Positions 57,413 to 64,000 of a stretch of DNA of 64,000 nt are shown piece after piece. The stretch lies in the NCBI GenBank assembly GCA_964545165.1, contig CAZJEQ010000003.1:52990-116989 (forward strand), read 5' to 3'. Position numbers and translations under genes: made by a program. Under the pieces are notes generated by a model. It was not told the origin of the DNA and searched no databases. It was given only the letters and a program-made list of their open reading frames with translations. Position 1 is the first letter of the stretch. Every line of letters begins with the position of its first letter. Origin of the DNA: an uncultured Candidatus Saccharibacteria bacterium (GTDB taxonomy: Bacteria; Patescibacteriota; Minisyncoccia; Phycocordibacterales; UBA2100).

Positions 57413-58693
57413 ATGCATACGGTCTCTATTGGCGAAAATGTGTACCACGGCAAGCGACGCCTGATTGAATACGCGGCAGATGATCGTCTGCGCCATATGT
57501 ACATGATTGGCAAAACGGGCGTCGGCAAATCGACGATTTTCCAAAATATGTGTCTGCAGGATATCGAGCGCGGCAGTGGTACCTGCTTTATTGATCCCCA
57601 TGGAGAATCGATTGAATGGCTCCTCGCGCGCATCCCCGCGGATCGCCTCCAAGACGTCGTCCTCTTCGACCCAAGTGACACCGACTACCCCTTTGGGCTC
57701 AACCTCCTCGAGGCGCGCGACGAATTCGAGAAGGATTTCCTCGTGAATGAATGCATCCAGATTTTCTACAAACTCTTCGATCCTAAGAAGAGCGGCATTA
57801 TCGGTCCCCAATTCGAGCACTGGCTGCGCAATGCCGCACTCACCGTGATGGCCGGGCCTGACGGCGGATCAATTCTCGAAATCCCGCGCCTCTTTGTCGA
57901 CAAAGAATTTGAGCGCACGAAACGCGCGCACCTCACGGATCCGCTCGTCCTCGATTTCTGGACCAAGCAGATGGCAAAAACGTCGGATTTCCACAAGAGC
58001 GAAATGCTCAACTACTTCATGTCGAAATTCGGCCCCTTCATCAACAACGCCATGATGCGCAATATCATGGGCCAGCATGTGAGCAGCTTCGACTTTAGTG
58101 CACTGATGAATGGGCGCGCCATCGTGCTCGCCAATCTCTCCAAAGGCAAGATCGGCGAAATGAATGCGCACATGCTCGGCCTCATCCTGATCTCGCGCTT
58201 GCAGGCGGCGGTGCTAGGGCGCGCCAAAGACCCGCCACAGAGCCGCACCCCCTTCTATCTGTACGTCGACGAGTTTCAAAACTTCTCGACCGACACGTTT
58301 ATCTCGCTCCTCTCTGAGTCACGTAAATACGGCCTCGGCATCCATCTGACCAATCAATACCTCTCACAGCTGCCGGAGAGCATCCGCGATTCGGTACTCG
58401 GCAACGTCGGCACGATGGTCTCATTCGAAGTCGGTGCTGAAGATGCACGTCTCTTGAGTGATGAATTCGCACCGATGTCAGAAGCAGATTTCATGGGACT
58501 CCCGCGCTTTAATTTCTTCGTAAAACTTATGATGGGTGGGAAAACCAGCGAAGTCTTCTCGGGCGTCGGGCTGCCGCCACAAGACATCGCCGCGACGAGC
58601 GCCTCGCGTGAGAGCGTGGTCGCATTGAATCGCCTCGCCTATGGCTGGCCGCGCACGCTCGTCGAAGAGACCGTGCATCACCAGCTTCGCTAA
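57413..58693 (+). CDS. VirD4/TraD/TrwB-like ATPase (second copy, ATPase domain only)
   Basis: Motifs RHMYMIGKTGVGKS, FIDPHG, NLSKGKIG, YVDEFQNF and SESRKYGL..TNQY. Start MHTVS at 57413. Confidence 0.88.
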   Translation: MHTVSIGENVYHGKRRLIEYAADDRLRHMYMIGKTGVGKSTIFQNMCLQDIERGSGTCFIDPHGESIEWLLARIPADRLQDVVLFDPSDTDYPFGLNLLEARDEFEKDFLVNECIQIFYKLFDPKKSGIIGPQFEHWLRNAALTVMAGPDGGSILEIPRLFVDKEFERTKRAHLTDPLVLDFWTKQMAKTSDFHKSEMLNYFMSKFGPFINNAMMRNIMGQHVSSFDFSALMNGRAIVLANLSKGKIGEMNAHMLGLILISRLQAAVLGRAKDPPQSRTPFYLYVDEFQNFSTDTFISLLSESRKYGLGIHLTNQYLSQLPESIRDSVLGNVGTMVSFEVGAEDARLLSDEFAPMSEADFMGLPRFNFFVKLMMGGKTSEVFSGVGLPPQDIAATSASRESVVALNRLAYGWPRTLVEETVHHQLR

Positions 58694-59376
58694 TCCCGAA
58701 AGAGATCGCGATAGATATCCTCAGCTGGATCAATGAGCGCTTCCTGTGCATCCACGAGATCGACGAACTCCACTGGCGCATCCGTGATGATGGCGAGCGG
58801 TTGCTGCTCACTGCCCTCGCCTGTCACGAGCGTCGCCGCGGTCGCGAGCGAGTCGGCGACGTTGGTCTGCGTCACCTCCATTGTCTTGCCGAAAATATCC
58901 GGCGTCCCACGGTAATCGCGCACACCGCGAACGCCTGCATACCCGAGTGCCACGCCGGTCACACCCGCGCGCAACGGCGCCACACGACTATCTGTAATGA
59001 CGATCCCGAGGTTTGATATATCAAACTGCTGCATCAGCGCCCTGCGTAGACGCTCGGCAGAAGCGAAACAATCTGCGGGAAGCAAGACAAGCCGCCCATC
59101 GCTATTCGATTCATCGATGCCAGCGTTTACGATCGCGATGCCCTGCCGCACGGTGAGCCACCACTTCGGCAAAATTTGTTTCGTCCAGGAACTCTCCGAT
59201 TCGATTAGCTGCTGCTTCTCTAGGCTCGGCGCTGTGCGACCCTCGGCGAGCGCGACCACCTTCGAGGCGATCGCGAGGATAGAACCATCGGCAAGCTGCG
59301 GTATGTGCTCGGCAATAAACGCTGCGAGATCCTCACCTTCGGCGAAGATACGAGTGCGAATCGGCGTGACAATCAT
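58690..59376 (-). CDS. CofE-like (coenzyme F420-0:L-glutamate ligase family) protein
   Basis: Motifs SKVVALAEG, NAGIDESN, ITDS..PLRAG, DYRG..DIFG and GEG....P. Confidence 0.85.
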   Translation of the reverse strand: MIVTPIRTRIFAEGEDLAAFIAEHIPQLADGSILAIASKVVALAEGRTAPSLEKQQLIESESSWTKQILPKWWLTVRQGIAIVNAGIDESNSDGRLVLLPADCFASAERLRRALMQQFDISNLGIVITDSRVAPLRAGVTGVALGYAGVRGVRDYRGTPDIFGKTMEVTQTNVADSLATAATLVTGEGSEQQPLAIITDAPVEFVDLVDAQEALIDPAEDIYRDLFRD

Positions 59377-60080
59377 ACCGCCTTAGTGCGTACGTCGTCG
59401 GCTTTCCAAATTTCCTGATGCTGGGCGGGGCTCTCGAGCGCCACATTATCGAGGACGATGCGCGCGACATCCGACGGCTCCATCGAGGTCGCGTAATCTT
59501 CGTGCTTATTATCGCCAAAAAGCGTCGTTTTGATGCGATACGGGTAGACGCCGATCACCGTGATGCCGCTATCTTTGACCTCATCGCGCACCGCCTGCGT
59601 GAAGCCTTCGGCGGCGAATTTGCTCGCGCTGTATACCGCCCCGAGCGCTTTGCCTTTGAGCGAGCGCACCGAAAGGATATTTACGATGATGCCTGCGCCC
59701 TGCTCGCGCATGTGCTTCGTCGCCTCGACCATGCCGTAGGCGGTGCCGAAATAATTCACCTCGATGAGCTGATGTGCTTTGTTGAAATCGACATTCTCCA
59801 CCGGCGTGTAGGGTGTCCAGACGCCTGCGTTGTTGATCCAAAGATCGATCTTTCCCCACTCCTCCATGGCGGCACGGCCGAGTGCCTCGACCTGATCGCG
59901 ATCAGTCACATTGCAGTGCATCGTCGGCATATCGAGCTCGACACCAAGGTCCGACAGCTCGACTGAATCGAGATCAGAGATGAGCACCTGCGCGCCACGC
60001 GCAACCAGCGCGCGTGCAATCTCGCTGCCTAATCCGCGTGCTCCACCGGTGAGAACTACTTTCGCGTCTTTTAATTCCAT
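59373..60080 (-). CDS. Short-chain dehydrogenase/reductase
   Basis: Motifs TGGARGLG, NNAG and YSASK. Confidence 0.92.
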   Translation of the reverse strand: MELKDAKVVLTGGARGLGSEIARALVARGAQVLISDLDSVELSDLGVELDMPTMHCNVTDRDQVEALGRAAMEEWGKIDLWINNAGVWTPYTPVENVDFNKAHQLIEVNYFGTAYGMVEATKHMREQGAGIIVNILSVRSLKGKALGAVYSASKFAAEGFTQAVRDEVKDSGITVIGVYPYRIKTTLFGDNKHEDYATSMEPSDVARIVLDNVALESPAQHQEIWKADDVRTKAV

Positions 60081-60083
60081 ACA

Positions 60084-60425
60084 CTATTTTATGAGCGGCT
60101 CGCCGCTATGTATATGAAAGTGCAGATGTTTTGAATCCTGATAGTTGCCGATATTGGTCAGTACCCGCGCGGCACCATGTTCCTTCTCGACAGTAGAGGC
60201 TATCGACTTGATCACGTCGAACATCTCAAGAAAGATCGCATTGTCATCCGGGGTGAGCGACAAGAGCGACGAGATATGCCGCTTGGGGATGACGACGATA
60301 TGGACCGGATACAACGGGCGCGTATGGTGAAAAGCGAGCACACTGTCGCTCTCGTATTCTTTTTGCACAGGAATAGTTCCAGCCAATGCGACATCACAGT
60401 AAAAATCATTCCCTGAATATTCCAT
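60084..60425 (-). CDS. HIT family nucleotide hydrolase
   Basis: Motifs DFYC, HIVVIPKRH and HLHFH. Confidence 0.92.
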   Translation of the reverse strand: MEYSGNDFYCDVALAGTIPVQKEYESDSVLAFHHTRPLYPVHIVVIPKRHISSLLSLTPDDNAIFLEMFDVIKSIASTVEKEHGAARVLTNIGNYQDSKHLHFHIHSGEPLIK

Positions 60426-60429
60426 ATAT

Positions 60430-60500
60430 TGGTGAGCATGGAGAGATTTGAGCTCTCGCGGGTTTCCCTATGCGCTTCACGTATCGCCGAGACGTACGCG
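60430..60500 (-). pseudogene. Degenerate 3' part of a Leu-type tRNA
   Basis: CGCGTACGTCTC is shared with the adjacent tRNA-Leu. It is followed by a GGG-AAA-CCC variable arm, a GAGAG-CTCAAAT-CTCTC T-arm and the end CATGCTCACCA. No 5' acceptor strand or D-arm. Confidence 0.6.
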
Positions 60501-60513
60501 CTTCCGGATTGAG

Positions 60514-60595
60514 TGGGCGTGGGGAGACTCGAACTCCCAACCCTTGCGGGATACGCTTCTGAGACGTACGCGTATACCAGTTCCGCCACACGCCC
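60514..60595 (-). tRNA. tRNA-Leu (CAG)
   Basis: GGGCGTG/CACGCCC acceptor stem, D-loop GG, anticodon arm TACGT-CTCAGAA-GCGTA, variable arm CCC-GCAA-GGG and T-arm GGGAG-TTCGAGT-CTCCC. CCA is not encoded. Confidence 0.96.
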
Positions 60596-60745
60596 ACTCA
60601 ATCCGCAAAACTTATAGGCAATTCCGCCACATGCCCGATGGGGGCATTCTAATCGAAAGCACGTTTTTTTCATAAAAAGCTGCCGCGCCCACTCGTCACC
60701 CCTGATGGAGCTTGAGCGGACGCGGAAGTGGGAAAGCCCCCATGT

Positions 60746-61324
60746 TCAGGCGCGCTGGATCACGGTTGCGACAAGGATGCCGTCGCCTTGGACGCATTGC
60801 ACGCGGAATCGATCTTTCGACGACGGAGTGCCGAGCTGTGCGCGAGCGAACACGTCGTTGGGCACGCTGAGCTTGTTGCCCTGCGCCGTCTGGCCATAAT
60901 GCGTCCTCTTGGTTGGCCTGAGGCGCAGCGAAATGGTGATCCACTCATTCGGATCATGCGCTTGAGGCGCAGGCACGGAAACTGGTTCCGCTCGCGGTGC
61001 TGAGATGATATGCACAGGGTTCTTGTGGAGACCCCAGTACCACGCATCTGCGCGTTCCAAGCCGCGCGCACCTCCAGGAAACACCGACACGAAAACCTGG
61101 TCTTCTGCCTTCGGTCGAGGATGAGCGGGCGTGAGAGTACACCGGACAAATCCCCTGAGCGTATTGGTGACTTGGCGTGCCGAGTGGATCAGCACTGTGC
61201 GGCCGGGATCGTCGACGATTCGCACGACCCCGAAATCTTTGTCCGCCACGAAGAAGTTCACGAGAGCCTTCAGGTATACGTCTGCGGCATGCGCCGCGAT
61301 CTGATCTGATGAAACATGCAACAT
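60746..61324 (-). CDS. Hypothetical protein with degenerate cold-shock/OB-fold-like segments
   Basis: LVNFFVADKDFGVVRIVDDPGRTVLIH resembles the CSD RNP1/RNP2 region; GGAGG SD before ATG 61324. Confidence 0.55.
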   Translation of the reverse strand: MLHVSSDQIAAHAADVYLKALVNFFVADKDFGVVRIVDDPGRTVLIHSARQVTNTLRGFVRCTLTPAHPRPKAEDQVFVSVFPGGARGLERADAWYWGLHKNPVHIISAPRAEPVSVPAPQAHDPNEWITISLRLRPTKRTHYGQTAQGNKLSVPNDVFARAQLGTPSSKDRFRVQCVQGDGILVATVIQRA

Positions 61325-61444
61325 GCGACGTCCCTCCAATCTACACGTACGATACACCTCAGCGTGTAAAAAAGAAAAGAGCCCGCGTCGCAATCATGCG
61401 AGGCGGACCCTTCGTGTCCTGACTTACGGTGTCAGGGAACCGTG

Positions 61445-61966
61445 CTAGCCGCGAGTGCCAGTGCGACGGCGCTCATGCGCGTGATCGTTGTCGTTGCGAG
61501 CCTTGCGGCTGCGGCCGCCGAGAACCTGCGCATGGCTCGCGGCACCCGTTGCCTTGACCAGCTCGAAGATGCGCTTGCGCACGCGAGGCTCGCGGATCTT
61601 GTAGTAGGCGCGCACCAATTCGAGCGTCTCGCGCTTGATCAGCGGATCCTTCTCCTGCTCGAACGGGGTCGCCTGTTCGCGCAGATTGACCACGTTGCTG
61701 CCACGGCGCGGAGCCGTCTGGCCGGGTGCCTTCCGGGTCGCCGCCGGCATCTCATCGAAGAAGTAGGAGACGGGCACGTCGAGCACCTTGGCGAACTCGT
61801 ACAGCCGGCTGGAGCCGATGCGATTCGACCCCTTCTCGTACTTCTGGATCTGCTGAAACGTGAGGCCGACGGCGTCACCGACAGCGGTCTGGCTCATGCC
61901 GAGCAGGCTACGGCGTTGGCGAATGCGAGTGCCGACATGAACATCAACAGGATGGCTTCGTGCCAT
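61445..61966 (-). CDS. XRE-family HTH transcriptional regulator (alphaproteobacterial type)
   Basis: HPVDVHVGTRIRQRR..LGMSQ...GLTFQQIQKYEKGSNRIGSSRL...LDVPVSYFF, and KRETLELVRAYYKI. Confidence 0.92.
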   Translation of the reverse strand: MARSHPVDVHVGTRIRQRRSLLGMSQTAVGDAVGLTFQQIQKYEKGSNRIGSSRLYEFAKVLDVPVSYFFDEMPAATRKAPGQTAPRRGSNVVNLREQATPFEQEKDPLIKRETLELVRAYYKIREPRVRKRIFELVKATGAASHAQVLGGRSRKARNDNDHAHERRRTGTRG

Positions 61967-62054
61967 GGTGTGCTCCCAAGAACAGTTGAGACCAAGGGTG
62001 ACAGAATGTCGCCCCTTTAAGTCCTAGACTCTCTAACATGAATTAGTAGCGATG

Positions 62055-62732
62055 TCAAGAGTCAGTATTCGACGGTAAGCGCAGCGATTCACGATGCGTA
62101 CCGTCCCAAGCTATTTTGCCGTGGACGACCAAATTGGTGATGAACGGCTGCTTCGCCTGCTCTGCTTCTTTGACCTGCCGCCCGATTTCGGCGACATCCA
62201 TCTCTGCCGTGAGCGGAATGCGGTGCTCATAGAAAATGGGTCCGCGATCATATTCCTCAGTGACGAAATGCATCGAGAATCCCGTCTCGGTAATCTCGCC
62301 ACGATCGTACGCCGCTTTCACGGCCTCGTGGATGTGATGGCCGTACATCCCCTTCCCGCCGAAATGACCGTAATGGTATGAGAGGAGTGCGGGATGAATG
62401 TTGATCGTGCGACGCGAATCGAGTCCGTGCACCTTTTTCATCCAGCCCGAGAGTGCGACCCATTCTGCGCCGAAGCGATCCACGACATCTTGATACAACA
62501 CTCCCACATTCTGCAGAATATCGGAGTGTTGTACGGCGGGGTCGAAATGAATGAAGCGGACGCCTTTGCGATCGGCGCGCGAGCGCACGCCGCCGTACTC
62601 GTGATTGGATACGACCGCCACGATATCGGCCTCGAGATCCCCTCCTCGGCTGTGATCGACAAGATTCTCAAAGCCCGAGCCGCCGTCCACGGCGCTACCG
62701 GAAGCAAATACGATGAGTCGGGGCCTGGCCAT
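62055..62732 (-). CDS. purN: Phosphoribosylglycinamide formyltransferase (folate-dependent)
   Basis: Motifs VFASG...GSG, VVSN, LSGWM, INIHPALL..FGGKGMYG and HFVTEEYDRGPI. Start MARPR at 62732. Confidence 0.85.
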   Translation of the reverse strand: MARPRLIVFASGSAVDGGSGFENLVDHSRGGDLEADIVAVVSNHEYGGVRSRADRKGVRFIHFDPAVQHSDILQNVGVLYQDVVDRFGAEWVALSGWMKKVHGLDSRRTINIHPALLSYHYGHFGGKGMYGHHIHEAVKAAYDRGEITETGFSMHFVTEEYDRGPIFYEHRIPLTAEMDVAEIGRQVKEAEQAKQPFITNLVVHGKIAWDGTHRESLRLPSNTDS

Positions 62733-62766
62733 AGACGTGTGAGTGTACCTTGCTATCATACGCGGC

Positions 62767-63954
62767 ATGAAGAAATTCGGCACGCCCGGCAAGCCATCCT
62801 CCGTCAAATTACTCATGCTCGGCGCCGGTGAGCTCGGCAAAGAAGTCATCATCGAAGCGCAGCGGCTCGGTGTCGAGACGATTGCATGCGATCGCTACGA
62901 AGGCGCGCCCGCGATGCAGGTCGCGCACCGTTCCTACGCCTTCAACATGCGCGATGGCAAGGTCCTGCGCGAAGTGATCGAAAAAGAGCAGCCCGATTTT
63001 ATCGTGCCCGAGATCGAGGCGATCGCCACCGACGAATTGGTGAAATTGGAAAAAGAGGGGTGGACCGTGATTCCCACTGCCCGCGCCGCGCAGCTCACCA
63101 TGGATCGCCAAGGTATTCGCTCACTCGCTGCGGAGAAATTGAAGCTGCCCACCTCGCCGTATCGATTTGCGTCATCGTACGAAGAATTGGAGGCGGGTGC
63201 GAAGGCAGTCGGCTTCCCCTGCTTTATCAAACCGACGATGTCATCGTCCGGCCACGGTCAGTCGATGGTCAAAAAGCCGGCTGATCTCAAGAAGGCCTGG
63301 AAGTACGCGATGGAAGGTACGCGCGCCAACACCGGCATGGTGATCGTCGAAGGCGCCATCACATTTGATTACGAGATCACGCAGCTCACGGTGCGCCACG
63401 CGAGCGGGATCAGCTATTGTGAGCCGATTGGTCACATCCAGATCGACGGTGATTATCGCGAGAGCTGGCAGCCGCACCCCATGTCAAAAATCGCACTCAA
63501 GAAAGCACGCGAGATTGCGGGCAAAGTAGTGAATGAATTGTGTGGCAAAAAGGGTCGCGGCATCTTTGGCGTCGAGCTCTTCGTCAAAGGCGATAGGTGC
63601 TGGTTCTCCGAGCTCTCGCCCCGCCCGCACGACACCGGCATGGTGACCATGGCGAGTCAAAACATGAGCGAGATGGAGCTGCATGTGCGTGCCATCCTCG
63701 GCCTCCCGATTCCCGAGATCACCTGCACGCCCGGTGCATCGGTCCCGATCCTCGCCGAGGTAAAGACCGAGAATCCCTCATACATCGGCGTCGCCGATGC
63801 GCTCAAAGAGCCACAGACGTGGGTGCGCATTTTCGGTAAGCCCAACTCGCCCGGACACCGTCGCATGGCGGTCGTCATCGCACTCGACAAAAACGTGAAA
63901 GCGGCACGTGCCAAAGCGCAGCGTGCCGCCAAGAAAATAAAAGTAAAAAAATAA
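62767..63954 (+). CDS. purT: Formate-dependent phosphoribosylglycinamide formyltransferase
   Basis: Motifs [53 protein letters not shown] and RRM. Start MKKFG at 62767. Confidence 0.96.
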   Translation: MKKFGTPGKPSSVKLLMLGAGELGKEVIIEAQRLGVETIACDRYEGAPAMQVAHRSYAFNMRDGKVLREVIEKEQPDFIVPEIEAIATDELVKLEKEGWTVIPTARAAQLTMDRQGIRSLAAEKLKLPTSPYRFASSYEELEAGAKAVGFPCFIKPTMSSSGHGQSMVKKPADLKKAWKYAMEGTRANTGMVIVEGAITFDYEITQLTVRHASGISYCEPIGHIQIDGDYRESWQPHPMSKIALKKAREIAGKVVNELCGKKGRGIFGVELFVKGDRCWFSELSPRPHDTGMVTMASQNMSEMELHVRAILGLPIPEITCTPGASVPILAEVKTENPSYIGVADALKEPQTWVRIFGKPNSPGHRRMAVVIALDKNVKAARAKAQRAAKKIKVKK

Positions 63955-63955
63955 G

Positions 63956-63976
63956 CCTCGGCGCTTGGCCGAGGCG
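63956..63976. terminator. Hairpin immediately after purT
   Basis: GCCTCGGC-GCTTG-GCCGAGGC; no U-tract on the + strand. Confidence 0.35.
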
Positions 63977-64000
63977 AGTGTGGGTTCGTCACCGTACAAC

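Noticed and set aside
42688-58693. Integrative conjugative element or prophage
   Set aside because: No integrase, relaxase, VirB4, terminase or capsid genes are present, and housekeeping genes (rsmI, murC, zwf) are interspersed.
1-64000. Alternative genetic code (UGA=Gly, code 25)
   Set aside because: Conserved genes are full length under code 11, and TGA serves as a normal stop, including in ATGA overlaps.

Overview
The window looks like a chromosomal segment of a Patescibacteria (CPR, Parcubacteria-like) genome using genetic code 11. This is inferred from the gene repertoire: VirD4/TraD-like ATPases, a tandem-HTH membrane protein, a short UDP-Glc dehydrogenase, a CofE-like protein, a Lys-rich micropeptide and palindromic intergenic repeats. 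From left to right it holds gatB and secA, then a ~35 kb cell-surface glycan locus (6.2-41.2 kb). That locus contains an O-antigen-ligase/TPR protein, GT-C transferases, an ABC flippase, a pseudaminic-acid-like pathway with no recognisable PseG/PseH, a complete 2-hydroxyethylphosphonate cassette (CTase-pepM, ppd, Fe-ADH, CDP-alcohol phosphotransferase) and five GT4 enzymes. Next come a PKD surface protein, a VirD4-like ATPase, an L,D-transpeptidase/D,D-carboxypeptidase fusion, rsmI, murC and gnd-zwf. A four-gene + strand operon follows (acidic protein with ssrA-like motifs, atypical Clp ATPase, small helical protein, second VirD4-like ATPase). The window ends with cofE-like/SDR/HIT genes, tRNA-Leu(CAG) plus a tRNA remnant, an alphaproteobacterial-type XRE regulator and divergent purN/purT. 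Most transcription units appear leaderless, with a -10 box 6-9 nt before the start codon. The strongest leads are the phosphonate glycan cassette, the Clp/VirD4 operon, a convergent and partly complementary small-RNA pair at 5.84-6.24 kb, and a covarying double-palindrome repeat family. All calls come from reading motifs by eye; no searches were run.
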